Origin: an uncultured virus (IMG/VR IMGVR_UViG_3300006735_000014)
Taxonomy: Duplodnaviria > Heunggongvirae > Uroviricota > Caudoviricetes
Length of the DNA stretch: 64,000 nt
Reading direction: 5' to 3' (one strand)
Virus record (IMG/VR): IMGVR_UViG_3300006735_000014
Both the position numbers and the translations under genes were made by a program. The notes beneath the pieces are model-generated. The model did no database searches. It saw only the letters and a list, made by a program, of their open reading frames with translations, and had not been told where the DNA came from. Below, in pieces: positions 40,001-50,109 of this stretch. Every line of letters starts with the position of its first letter. Position 1 is the first letter of the stretch.

Positions 40001-43000
40001 AATATTTCCTATTATTTGTAATGATGCATCAGCTGCGCTCCACATCAATGAACCAGTACTATCTCCTCCTAAATAGAAGTTACCAGCACTATCCATATAA
40101 GTTGCAAAACCACCATTATAATATCCCATGTATTGAGATGTTAAATTTAATCCTTCAGCTGCTGTATTTGTTGTCAATGTGAATCCATCTCCTCCAAATG
40201 CATAATTGGATGGATTATGTAATGATGTAGTAGCTGCGTTAGTTGTATAAGGTCCTAACATTGAACTGGTTGCTGTTTCTTCTATGAATCCTCCAATCAA
40301 TAATGTAGTACCGTCCCAAGATAATTTTGGATTGCTAGAACCTCCTAACTTGAATGTTCCATTATCTAAACTAAATTCAGAACCAACTGATGGGCCCCAA
40401 TTATTTGATCTTAAATGTCCTGATGTTATAGAATCTCCTTCAATGATTGTTCTACCAACACCTGCATTAGGACTTAAATATAATGCTTGAACTTCTTCAT
40501 CAGTTAATGAACCAGTATAAATCCTAAAGTCATCTATTTCACCTTTAAAATTATATGCATATTGTGCTCCTTGGTATCCTCCGATGTTAAGATCTGCTCC
40601 TACAGCTGGTCCCATTGTTGGATTTCTATATTTTGCCCAACCTTTCCATTGACCATTAATATATAAACTTGCAGTCAATGTTAATGTATCATTTACAACA
40701 GCAAAGTGAGTCCATAATCCATCATATTCTTGCCAAGTAACATCTGGTCCTCCTGGATATTCTTGGAAAGGATTATTGTCACCATCACCTGTATTCCATA
40801 ATATTTTAGTGCCATTAAACCAAAGATCTAATTGAGCATTATTACCAGCACCACCAACACCAGCAACTAATGCTCCTCCTCCGTGAGGATTTGTAAATGA
40901 AGTATCTGCATCAACTGAAAATGACATTTGAGAAGTATCTGATTTGTCTATCTTTAGCCAATGTGCAAATGTATGGTTATCATATAATTGTATTGGATTC
41001 AATGTTAACTTACCAGTTTTATCAGTTACACCTGGAAATACTGCAGAACCACCTATTTTGGCACTTGAAGAATTGCATGTAACGGCCGTACCGGCGTCTA
41101 TCTGAATGGTTCCATTTTCATGTTGTCTAAATCCTGACACATCTTGTAATAAACTACTTGAACCAAAAGATCCAGTTGATATAAATCCATCAAATGGTAA
41201 ATGTAAAATTAATCCTTCACTTGGAGGAGCGGTTGGTAATGAACTTACTTCAATCTTTCCTTTGAAATATCCATTGGTTGTATAAATACCATGACCAGTT
41301 ACTCCATCACTAAATGAACTATCTGTTATTCCTGATAAATCTCCTACTTGTGCTGCAAGATTCAAATCATATAATCCTGAACCTGTTCTTTCTACAATTT
41401 GCATATATGGTGTAAATGGGTCATTTGGATTGGCATTTAATCTAATATATCCAGTATTAATTTTACCTGTTGATACAATTACCTGAGAACCTGTATATGA
41501 TTGTGCAGCAAATGGAGAATCTCCTAATGAACCTGATGGTCCATGAGTAGGAGAACCATCATAACTTATACTCCTAGTTACAAATAAGAAGCCACCAAAG
41601 TCAGTATCGCTTGATGCATCAAATCTAGAAGCTGATTGAACTCTTACGTACTCTGTAGTAAATCCAGTTGATGATACTTTTTTAAGTGATAATATTTCTC
41701 CATATGTAAATCCAGATACATTTGCAATTGACATTGTTGTATCTGTTGCATCATGAAAGGCTCCTGGATGTAATGCTGATCCTGTTAACACTGATGAGTT
41801 TGCAACATATAATTGTCCACCAACCGCATTAACTGTTTCTTTTTCAAATACTGCAGTAGATAATGTTCCTCTTATTCTTGCATTCTCTACTTCTAGGAAT
41901 CCTCCTGACACCGCAGTTAATCTAAATCCTGAACCTGCTAAGTTTGAAACAAATCCATCTGATTCAATAGTTCCTTCTTTTCTGATGATCATATTACCAC
42001 CAGTTAATTTTTCATTATCAAATGCCCAACCAGCAATTTGATTATCTTCTTCTCCTGATTCTACATTGGCTCCTAAAGCAAATAATATATTGCCTCCAGA
42101 TTTGCCCATCAATCCCCAATTATCACTTGCAGCAAAATGTGTTCTTACAAAATCATCTGCAGATTTTCTAACAAGTAATTCAGGAGTAGCTCCTCCTTCA
42201 AGGAATGCATTTGATGATGATAACATATCACCGTTTATATTCCAACCTGCAATATCTCCTCCATCAAATAATACCTGTGATCCAGTTATTCTACCATCAG
42301 ATCTTAATATCAAGTCTTCATTTAATGATTTAATTACATCTGTTTGTACTTCAAATCCACCAATACTTGCAGATACAAATTTGGCTAAACCTTGAGATGT
42401 AATAGATGCAGATGCATTTGATAATGTTGATGGCGATCCTCCAATTGAAGCAGGAGTTTGAATATTATCAGCTGTAATTGTTCCTTGTACTGTTAATGTA
42501 CTTCCTAAAAATTGTAAGAAGTTACCAGCTGCTTTATCACCTAATAATATATCAGAACCTGTAATTGTTCCATCAGCTGATACTTTAAATGCTGAAGAAG
42601 ATATAAATGATACTGGATCTGCTGTATCTAATGATGCTGATATTCTCCATCTATTAGATCTATATAAAGAACCACTTATAAAATTAATTCCAGCTATTTG
42701 ATTTTCTGATCCTAATTCAAATATTTTTTCTGTTCCTACTGTTCCTAATAGTCCCCAATCAGTTGCACTATTATAAAACATATTTACTGTATTATTTGTA
42801 TCAGATTGTACTTTTACAAACGGTGTATTATCTCCTTGCAATACAATATAATCACTTGTAGATTTTAAATTTGTTCCATCTATTGTCCATCCAGCTACCA
42901 CTCCTCCATCAAATTGTACATCAGATCCTGTTACTTCACCTGAGTGTTTTACTTTAAATGTACTTGAACTAATAAAATATGTTTGAGTAGAATCATTTAA

Positions 43001-45970
43001 TTCTACCCCTGAGGTTTCTAAACTATGGTCTCCTAATGTAAATCCTCCTATCAATCCTGCACTTGCAGATACTCTACCATCTGAATCTACTTGGAAACCT
43101 GAAGATGAAATATGATATGGTCCATCTGCATCTAATATAACTGAATTATTACTTGATGATAATGTAGTTGTTCCTATACCCCAACCACCAATAGTTCCTC
43201 CTGCTTCTGCGGTGATTGTTCCTTGCATGATAACATCACCTTGTCTATCTAAATGGAAATTAGATGATGTAATTTCTATTGCTCCATTTGCACCAGATAT
43301 AAACGAATCATCACCTCCTAGGAAGAATGAATCAGTACGTATTTCTAAACCAGCTGGTTTTCCAGAAATTGATCCTGATGTTGCAAATCTGAAGAAACTT
43401 GATGAGTCTTGTACAAGTTCTAATCCTACACCACCATAGCCATCTGGGGAGTCAGGTAAAACAGATGCACTATAAAATAAGAATCCTGATCCTTTACCTG
43501 CAGATGCAGATGTAAATCCTTGATAACCTATAGACCTAATAAATGCTGAACTAACACCTGCAAGTTCTATACCAGATCCTACTGTATTACCAATTGTTAT
43601 TGAACCTGTTATAAGTCCGCTATCACCTTCAAAATAATTGTTATCGCCATCAAATATAGCTCCTTGGGCATAAGTTTCAGTTTGTGCAGGAGCTCCTAAA
43701 TAATCTACATATTGGAATCGGAATGCCATTGGTGCATTCATTGCATCAGTTGGTATTCGAATATTCAATGTATGGAAGTTAGGAGAAAATCCTGTATCTA
43801 GATTTGCCGTTAAAGATATATTTGTAATAAACCAACTTCCTTTTCTAATTACAAATATTGGTGTAAATGTTTCTGTATATTCAGGTACAAATTCTACTCT
43901 ATTAAATACTGCTGCTCCTCCTGCTACTGATTCAAGAGTTCCTAAATAATTTCCATATTGTGAATCTGTAAATGGACCTGTTAATCCTCCACCTATCTGT
44001 GATTGCTGGATACCTCCATTATATGTTCTTGCATCACTTATTGATGAACCTGACATATATACATCTATCCTTGCATCTGTAGGAGATACATTTTGAGCAT
44101 TCATTGAACCTGTATTAATTGCCTTTGCAAAAAACTGAAATGCATATTCTGAATTTGCAAAACATATTGGTCTAAATTCTTTTTTCAATTGCATTTTAAC
44201 ACCTGTATTTTGTGTTAATGGATCAGTTGATTTTATTTGTATAGATTCATTTAAAGTATCCATATCAAATTTTCCTTCACCACCAGTGAATTCATAATAC
44301 AATCCAATATGGTTTTGATCTGCAATTTGTCCTATTTTAGTTTCTGTTAATCCTAATGTTACATCAGCTGAAGTAGATCCTGTATCGACCATCACTTCTT
44401 GTAATTCTAATATTGATGTTCCAGTATCTATAAAGTCTCCTGGAGCTCCCATCATTTTATAAGAAGTTTTAACTCCCATTACATCACCAGTTGCTGGTTC
44501 TATATTTGATAATTTAATATGAGCAAATGACATTGAATTTTCTGTCTCAGCTGTCATTTGTGGAACCCAGAAGCTCATTGTCACAGTTGATGGATTAAAG
44601 TCAATTATATGTTCTCCATCTTGAGGTTTACTAACTCTTCCAACTGAGAAATCAAATGCCGGAGATAATTTAGCTGTGGTTGAATTTTCTATATCTACAA
44701 TTGTTGCAACATATGTACAATCTATTGTTTTTGATCCTCCTCCTTCACTTACATGTTCACTTGCTGCTGATACATGGACTGCCTCTCCTGCTGAATTTAA
44801 CCATGTATCATTTGGAACGGTAGCTACTGGTCTATTAATTATTACTGTTGCACCTAAATGTAAACTACCTGTTAATGGTAGTCCTACAAATGTTGCTGTT
44901 GTGGTATCAGGTGGATTATATACAACGGTTTGGATTGATGTAACTTCATTTTGAGGAGCTGCCATCAAATCAGCCGCGGCCTTAGTTGGTGGTGGTAATG
45001 CTGTTAATGTAGTTCCACCAGGTCCTTGATTACCAACATTTCCAAGTGCATTATTTATAACCTGTGCCGGATCGGCTATCTGTAACTGTGTCTTTGTTTG
45101 TGCTGCAGTTAAATTATTTATTGTACCTGCAACTGCTGGTGAATTGGCTAATGTAGATGGCATTGCAGATGCTACCTTTGATTTTCCCATTGCTTTTGCA
45201 ATTGTCTTACCAGAAAATTGTGCTTCTTGTACCATCACCATATTTGCATTTGCTTGTGCCTGTGCTGCAAATGCAGGCCAAACAGCTGTTACTACTTGGT
45301 TTGCAATTCCTGCTGCAGTAGGTACAGATATATTTGTAGTTATAGTTGAATATCCTCCTGCAGGTCCCGTTCCTGAAACTGACATACCTGTTGCAACAGA
45401 TCCTGATACTTGTTTAAAGAATGTTGGCAGATCAGTTATCTGGGCAAATGTTTTTACTTGTTCTGAAATAGCTACTTTAGGTTGTTGTAAAAATATTATT
45501 TCTGAACCATTTCTTCTATTTGGTGCAATTCTTGTTGTACGTTTCCATAATACATTTGGTAAATTTTTATATAAGTCTGAATTTTGATCTGAACTATATC
45601 TATACCTCTGTCCTGATTCCGGATCAAGCTGCATACGACCAGCTAAATAAAATGTACATCTTCCTTCTGGTGTATCTGGATATACCCATACGGCTAATAC
45701 CCTTACACCATCTTTTTCCATATATGGAAGTACATCATAATAAACTGGATCGCCATTATAATCTAATATTTCTACATATATATTAGAATCATCTACTAGT
45801 GAGTCAGGATCACCACGAAACTTAAACACATTTTTACCTGCTGTTAATGTTTCTGGAAATTCTACTACTTCGAAAAAGTCTTTGGATAATGGATCACGAT
45901 CAACTACGTCATACCGTAACTGTTCATTATCTTTTAATCCTATATAAGAGGCTTCTCTTCTTATCGGCAT
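37013..45970 (-). CDS. Giant modular tail fibre / baseplate-associated protein (2985 aa) with a LamG domain
   Basis: Repeated G.I[AG]G[WF].I motifs; LamG signature WTHFAVV...LYING...GEIDDFRIY. Confidence 0.75.
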   Translation of the reverse strand: MPIRREASYIGLKDNEQLRYDVVDRDPLSKDFFEVVEFPETLTAGKNVFKFRGDPDSLVDDSNIYVEILDYNGDPVYYDVLPYMEKDGVRVLAVWVYPDTPEGRCTFYLAGRMQLDPESGQRYRYSSDQNSDLYKNLPNVLWKRTTRIAPNRRNGSEIIFLQQPKVAISEQVKTFAQITDLPTFFKQVSGSVATGMSVSGTGPAGGYSTITTNISVPTAAGIANQVVTAVWPAFAAQAQANANMVMVQEAQFSGKTIAKAMGKSKVASAMPSTLANSPAVAGTINNLTAAQTKTQLQIADPAQVINNALGNVGNQGPGGTTLTALPPPTKAAADLMAAPQNEVTSIQTVVYNPPDTTTATFVGLPLTGSLHLGATVIINRPVATVPNDTWLNSAGEAVHVSAASEHVSEGGGSKTIDCTYVATIVDIENSTTAKLSPAFDFSVGRVSKPQDGEHIIDFNPSTVTMSFWVPQMTAETENSMSFAHIKLSNIEPATGDVMGVKTSYKMMGAPGDFIDTGTSILELQEVMVDTGSTSADVTLGLTETKIGQIADQNHIGLYYEFTGGEGKFDMDTLNESIQIKSTDPLTQNTGVKMQLKKEFRPICFANSEYAFQFFAKAINTGSMNAQNVSPTDARIDVYMSGSSISDARTYNGGIQQSQIGGGLTGPFTDSQYGNYLGTLESVAGGAAVFNRVEFVPEYTETFTPIFVIRKGSWFITNISLTANLDTGFSPNFHTLNIRIPTDAMNAPMAFRFQYVDYLGAPAQTETYAQGAIFDGDNNYFEGDSGLITGSITIGNTVGSGIELAGVSSAFIRSIGYQGFTSASAGKGSGFLFYSASVLPDSPDGYGGVGLELVQDSSSFFRFATSGSISGKPAGLEIRTDSFFLGGDDSFISGANGAIEITSSNFHLDRQGDVIMQGTITAEAGGTIGGWGIGTTTLSSSNNSVILDADGPYHISSSGFQVDSDGRVSASAGLIGGFTLGDHSLETSGVELNDSTQTYFISSSTFKVKHSGEVTGSDVQFDGGVVAGWTIDGTNLKSTSDYIVLQGDNTPFVKVQSDTNNTVNMFYNSATDWGLLGTVGTEKIFELGSENQIAGINFISGSLYRSNRWRISASLDTADPVSFISSSAFKVSADGTITGSDILLGDKAAGNFLQFLGSTLTVQGTITADNIQTPASIGGSPSTLSNASASITSQGLAKFVSASIGGFEVQTDVIKSLNEDLILRSDGRITGSQVLFDGGDIAGWNINGDMLSSSNAFLEGGATPELLVRKSADDFVRTHFAASDNWGLMGKSGGNILFALGANVESGEEDNQIAGWAFDNEKLTGGNMIIRKEGTIESDGFVSNLAGSGFRLTAVSGGFLEVENARIRGTLSTAVFEKETVNAVGGQLYVANSSVLTGSALHPGAFHDATDTTMSIANVSGFTYGEILSLKKVSSTGFTTEYVRVQSASRFDASSDTDFGGFLFVTRSISYDGSPTHGPSGSLGDSPFAAQSYTGSQVIVSTGKINTGYIRLNANPNDPFTPYMQIVERTGSGLYDLNLAAQVGDLSGITDSSFSDGVTGHGIYTTNGYFKGKIEVSSLPTAPPSEGLILHLPFDGFISTGSFGSSSLLQDVSGFRQHENGTIQIDAGTAVTCNSSSAKIGGSAVFPGVTDKTGKLTLNPIQLYDNHTFAHWLKIDKSDTSQMSFSVDADTSFTNPHGGGALVAGVGGAGNNAQLDLWFNGTKILWNTGDGDNNPFQEYPGGPDVTWQEYDGLWTHFAVVNDTLTLTASLYINGQWKGWAKYRNPTMGPAVGADLNIGGYQGAQYAYNFKGEIDDFRIYTGSLTDEEVQALYLSPNAGVGRTIIEGDSITSGHLRSNNWGPSVGSEFSLDNGTFKLGGSSNPKLSWDGTTLLIGGFIEETATSSMLGPYTTNAATTSLHNPSNYAFGGDGFTLTTNTAAEGLNLTSQYMGYYNGGFATYMDSAGNFYLGGDSTGSLMWSAADASLQIIGNIQVQNSESFYMPNKTKADYRIALIESASADPTPGSRVISSSLGYTNYFENTTTGSTTPSDILGYDQGYDLYVFSGEVWNVEKEQMVMNLFDEGQSVFVQANNMAGADVTGSGGTDYPIKQHTSGVASNPYENGHIATGSGLQETDPIGQGWSVWSDSAPADTGNIPITVYSDGGGSTYAPIAISGSIPTISDTGNIATNTTAAYLAFYGTNPRGGRIIISTTRYNYIKETPLERCLDFLLKKDLDQESYQQGITKITGDMVKTGKVQSNNWTDGGQVGSEFNLNDGTFKMGGDTNPSLEFDGTDLIVSGGISASGGLIAGFTIEEDAIYSGTKDTSGFAANNADITIGADGIHTKQFYVDTATGNAGFAGTVTIGTSDLTEANTLNQTGSTTQGSSLIYNPNFELAAPDGRPAGVKAVYGGATATNISFSGSLAASQQLVIVNDSDAHIGAGWPAFHVSVGSEYRVQVRLRGEVVDSSGLYIRMQEYDSELDSGDTHVSYNASNSEAGVQEATRQVTQGTQNSSGSFQFERIAGTSVENGPVATSFTDYEFIYRPTSTAKWASLIVLNWTDIAAGDPLIVDRVYAYKEPSIHDGTVGGWTISTDKIKGGNAILSGSGILTLGVTPNASVAGTNKGIYMDGDGSFLAYGNSTNFVKFDASGTSVEIKANTFDLATSTMILDSGTNSGKIALGSTPNTSVAGTNAGIYMDGTGDFLAYGDANNYLKKDGTALTMKAETFDLAATNLTINSAGHYIIDTGNFKVDKGGAITSSAGEIGGWLIANNYIKYDSAGGMIWMGQSSADSGQTEIRISSDGTGVGTSNYVRMYQDHDVDTWGIEGKTSNGAGGTIFHLGETAGSDDNQIAGWQFDSTQLTSNSGDGGQTFLKANGQITASSMLLSGSAVATNFATKVVTVTNGNVSDYTRAVTGGVNLVFDGSQGGDRVMHMILDHDPGLIKGFDLVDDGTEVESQILIDVIVAITGFDDGISTSMQQMNALRD

Positions 45971-46020
45971 ATATGTTCCCTAGTTTTACCTTAAATATTT
46001 ATTATAAATATGGTAAAACA

Positions 46021-49000
46021 TTAATTATAGGAAATATTTGAGTAGCCGTTTGTCTTTTTAATTTCAATTAATTTATCTACTATGTCTCGCATTGCATCTA
46101 TATGAGAAATACACATAATAAATCCAAACTGTGATTTTAAATAATCAAATAACATATACATTGAATTAAGATTGTCTGAATCTAATACTCCAAAACCTTC
46201 ATCAATTGCAAGAAAATTTGGCCTAGGAAGATTTGATACATTTATTAGAGAAGTTCTAATAGCTAATGATGAAATAAATTTCTCCATACCAGATGTTAAT
46301 TCTAATGGCCAGTAATTATCATCATCATATACAATAAATGCATTTATATTTTTGCCATCTGTATGTAATATAATTGTAAATTCAACAATTTGATTTAAGA
46401 TATTATTTATTTCAGCTTCTATTTGTGGAAGTGCTCTAGTTATTAAATGATAAGGAACTCCATTACGCTGAACTGCTTTTTGATAATATTCATATCCTTG
46501 ATATTGTTGTTCTAATGATTTTAATCTATTAATACCATCAATTGCATCTTGTCTAGACTTTTCAGCCATTTTTAATTTACCTGAAAGAGATAATAGTTTA
46601 GTATGTAATTGTCCTAATTCTGAACTTACTGTTGTTATTTCTTCTCTAATTTCAGATATTTCAGAATTTTTAGTTTTATTAAATTCAATATTATCTTTTT
46701 GTTTTTGAGATTTTGTTAATTGTTTTTTCTTATCACGTATATCATTATTTATAGATTCAATATCCCATTTACACTTTTCTAATTCATGTTTATATGCAAT
46801 TAATGTTCCATTATTTATTCCTAATGAATGTTTTAAATCAGCTAAAACTTTTAATTTTTCTTTTGGTTTATCTTCATGTTCTATTTTTGCAATACCATCT
46901 TCATGATGTTTAATATCAAATTCTAAAACTTGTTCTTCATCAATTAATTTAGGCAATAAGTCTGCAACTTGTTGAGTTTCTTTTAACCATGGATTAGCCA
47001 TACAATAACTACAATCTTCATCCCATTCATGTTTGTCTAATTTTGAAACCATTTTTTGAGCATGTTGTATTTTTAATTGTTTTAATTTAAGATCGTTATT
47101 TAATTTAATAACAGTATCATTATAATCTTTTAATTCTACTAATGCATCTTTTAAAGATTGTTCATCAATCTTATTTATTTTTTGGGTTATTTCTTTTATT
47201 AATTTTTGTTGAGACTTAATTAAATCTTTTTGATGTTCTCGGTCTAATTTTAAATTTCCAATTCTATCAGATAATTGAGTAATTTCATATTTAATATCAT
47301 CTGGTGAATCTAATGTATCATCAACTTTTTTTAATTCTTTTGTTAACGAAAAAATGATATCATTGAGATTTGTTTTCATTTCTTCATGTTCTGTCTTGTC
47401 AACTTTCATTTGTTCATATGATCCGGTATATTGAGATATAATTTCCCTAGCAGTTGATAAATCAGTTGAAAAATCTTTTCTTTTGTATTCTCTTATTAAT
47501 GCAGCTGTTTCTCTAATATCTTCATGGCCTACCAAATATTGTTGTTCAAAAATATCAATATCTAAAAACTGTGATAATAAATCTTTTCGTTCTCTTTGAG
47601 TTTTATCAATAAAGCCTGTATTATTATTTTGTAATGATAATGCTGTTAATACAAAGTCTTCATATGATCCAAGATATTGTCTTATACTTTTATTTGTAGA
47701 ATCTCTTTGGTCTCCATTTAATGATTCTTCATTTCCGTCTTTATCAACTCTCCAAAAATTTACATCTACTTTTACATGACCACGATTATTCTTTTTTCCT
47801 GTCCTTTCAATAAAGTATATATATTTTCCTAATTCAAATTCAAACTTACAATGGAATCTAGATTTTTTATTATTTAATACATGAGCAGCTTTTTTTGTAC
47901 GACTACATCTATCAAAACAAGTAAATGCTAATGCATCTAATAATGTTGATTTACCAGATGCATTTGGTGCAAATAATCCATATGTTCCATTCATATTTGA
48001 AAAATCAATTTCATTATCTTCACCATAACTAAACATGTTTGAAAATTCAAATTTCTTAGGTTGCCAAGTAATATTTCTTGTTAATGTATTAGTTGGTAAT
48101 TTTGAATGAACGGTTCTATTTATATGTCTAACTGTATCTAGCAATTCATCATCAAGCGCAAATTCATCTGTTAGATATTCTGTAATAACATTGTTTTGCC
48201 ATTCTACATCTCGCACATTTCCAAAATTAATTTTATTTTTTGAATCTGTTGTATTTAATGCATTTATTTTTTGAATTGAAATATCTTGGACTTTATATTT
48301 AGATCGAATATCTGCAATTATTTGTTTTAAGGTTCCAGAATCTGTATCTTTTACTTTTAATCTCAATCTTGGTTTTTTAGGTACTCTTGAGTCTGGATTG
48401 ATAATTTTGCCATTATCAATTTCGTATGTATAATAACCATAATCATTTTCAATTTCAACAAATTCAGATTTTTTAGTTTTTAAATCCCAAATCATTATTC
48501 CATGACCTAAAGATTCTCCATGATTTTGTTGAATTAAAGAACCAGCATATGCAATTGTTTTCTTATCATCTAAATATTGTGGTTTATGGATATCACCTAA
48601 TAATACCAAATCATGTCCTATAAACATATCTGTTGTAACATGAGTATTACTTAATGTAAATCCAGCATCTGTTGATGCGTTATGTACCGAACCATGATGT
48701 AATGCTATCTTAAAATTACCTTCAAAATCAGATGCTTTTATATATTTTGCAGGCTTTTCATCCACCGCCATTACGTTAAAGTGTACACCTTGGATATCAT
48801 ATACATCGTTGTCTTTAAGATAGTGTAAGTTCTTATGATTGATGGCTTTAACAATAGGACTTAAGGCATCCAGTCTATAATTGTTATTTAGGTTACAATC
48901 ATGATTTCCTAAAATTACTATGGTAGGTAATAAATCTGCTAAATTAGAAAAGAATTCAGATGTTAAATCAATTAACTCTGGTGACATATCTGTTTTTGCG

Positions 49001-49152
49001 TGTACAATATCTCCAGCAATATAAATAATATCATTTTCTTGTTTTGTCTTTTTTATATAAGAATATAATCGTTTAAATACTTGTCTATATTCTTTATGAC
49101 GTTTAACATTTCTTATATGTACATCTGCTATGTGATATATTCTATTTATCAT
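46021..49152 (-). CDS. Fused Mre11/SbcD nuclease and Rad50/SbcC ATPase (gp47-gp46)
   Basis: Phosphoesterase motifs ADVH, GDIVH, GNHD, GDIH; Walker A PNASGKS; CSYC zinc hook; TSGMEK signature; IDEGFG Walker B; ISH. Likely ATG at 49152 overlaps the primase stop (ATGA). Confidence 0.9.
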   Translation of the reverse strand: MINRIYHIADVHIRNVKRHKEYRQVFKRLYSYIKKTKQENDIIYIAGDIVHAKTDMSPELIDLTSEFFSNLADLLPTIVILGNHDCNLNNNYRLDALSPIVKAINHKNLHYLKDNDVYDIQGVHFNVMAVDEKPAKYIKASDFEGNFKIALHHGSVHNASTDAGFTLSNTHVTTDMFIGHDLVLLGDIHKPQYLDDKKTIAYAGSLIQQNHGESLGHGIMIWDLKTKKSEFVEIENDYGYYTYEIDNGKIINPDSRVPKKPRLRLKVKDTDSGTLKQIIADIRSKYKVQDISIQKINALNTTDSKNKINFGNVRDVEWQNNVITEYLTDEFALDDELLDTVRHINRTVHSKLPTNTLTRNITWQPKKFEFSNMFSYGEDNEIDFSNMNGTYGLFAPNASGKSTLLDALAFTCFDRCSRTKKAAHVLNNKKSRFHCKFEFELGKYIYFIERTGKKNNRGHVKVDVNFWRVDKDGNEESLNGDQRDSTNKSIRQYLGSYEDFVLTALSLQNNNTGFIDKTQRERKDLLSQFLDIDIFEQQYLVGHEDIRETAALIREYKRKDFSTDLSTAREIISQYTGSYEQMKVDKTEHEEMKTNLNDIIFSLTKELKKVDDTLDSPDDIKYEITQLSDRIGNLKLDREHQKDLIKSQQKLIKEITQKINKIDEQSLKDALVELKDYNDTVIKLNNDLKLKQLKIQHAQKMVSKLDKHEWDEDCSYCMANPWLKETQQVADLLPKLIDEEQVLEFDIKHHEDGIAKIEHEDKPKEKLKVLADLKHSLGINNGTLIAYKHELEKCKWDIESINNDIRDKKKQLTKSQKQKDNIEFNKTKNSEISEIREEITTVSSELGQLHTKLLSLSGKLKMAEKSRQDAIDGINRLKSLEQQYQGYEYYQKAVQRNGVPYHLITRALPQIEAEINNILNQIVEFTIILHTDGKNINAFIVYDDDNYWPLELTSGMEKFISSLAIRTSLINVSNLPRPNFLAIDEGFGVLDSDNLNSMYMLFDYLKSQFGFIMCISHIDAMRDIVDKLIEIKKTNGYSNISYN

Positions 49153-50072
49153 ATTCCCATTATCCTTTGCTCTATTAGCCAACTAGAAGTAAGTTTTTCT
49201 GTTCCAGCTAATATGTTATTAATTTTTCCAAAACCTACTTCACTTGGATCTTTTTCTTTTAAGTCTACAAAATATACATCTACTCCATTTGCCATAAAAT
49301 ATTCAGCCGTTTCAATAGCTTGTTTTCTTGCATCTTGGTCAAGACATATATAAATTATTTTTACATTATTTTCTATAATACGATGTTTAAGTTGATCTGG
49401 TATTGTTTTACCAAATAATGGAATTGCATTCCTTCTTATTGCAATTGCATCAAAAGCTCCTTCAACTAAACATACTGGATAATTCCAGTTAATATGTAAC
49501 TCAAATCCTACAATATCTTTTGATACCTGTGGATTTTTATGTTTAAAATTATCATCTTCATAGTAAGCTCTTCCAACAAAGTAATTTAATACTCCATTTG
49601 CATCATAACTAGGAATAATAACCTTTCCTGAATATTGTCCAGTTTCGCAATATCCTATTCTATATTTAAGAATATCATGAATAGTAATACCTCGTTTTTT
49701 AAGATAATAAACCGCATTTCTATATTCTGGTGATAATGTGTTTATTTTCCATAATGGCTTGAACTCGGGTGGTAATTCTACTGCCTTTGTATTTGTAGTA
49801 GTTATTTTAGGTCTATATTCTGTTTCTTCAATATATTCAAATAATTTAGATATTTTAAATCGTTCAACTTTTAACTTTTTAAATAATGTAATTATTTTAC
49901 GGCCTGCTGCATTACATACCCAGCAATGCCAGTGTTGAGAAAGGATGTTAACTTCTAACTTCTTTTTGTTATGATGGCAAAAAGGACAGTGAAAAGCTAC
50001 ATTGCCTTTATTAGTAGATCTACCCTTTCCGAGTACAGATTCTATTAATGTTAGTAATTTAAAATTCGTCAT
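49149..50072 (-). CDS. DNA primase (DnaG / gp61-like)
   Basis: CPFC...HCWVC zinc finger; TOPRIM motifs VEGAFD and LDQD; KDPSE. Confidence 0.9.
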   Translation of the reverse strand: MTNFKLLTLIESVLGKGRSTNKGNVAFHCPFCHHNKKKLEVNILSQHWHCWVCNAAGRKIITLFKKLKVERFKISKLFEYIEETEYRPKITTTNTKAVELPPEFKPLWKINTLSPEYRNAVYYLKKRGITIHDILKYRIGYCETGQYSGKVIIPSYDANGVLNYFVGRAYYEDDNFKHKNPQVSKDIVGFELHINWNYPVCLVEGAFDAIAIRRNAIPLFGKTIPDQLKHRIIENNVKIIYICLDQDARKQAIETAEYFMANGVDVYFVDLKEKDPSEVGFGKINNILAGTEKLTSSWLIEQRIMGI

Positions 50073-50077
50073 GTATA

Positions 50078-50109
50078 CTAATATAAAGAAAACTTTTCAA
50101 ATAACCAAA
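50078..50109 (-). promoter_or_regulatory. Bacteroidota-like -33/-7 promoter upstream of primase
   Basis: TTTG-N20-TATATTAG ending 5 nt before the ATG. Confidence 0.6.

Noticed and set aside
49153..49182. TTG start at 49182 for the Mre11-Rad50 gene
   Set aside because: The ATG at 49152 overlaps the primase stop (ATGA) and directly precedes the first nuclease motif
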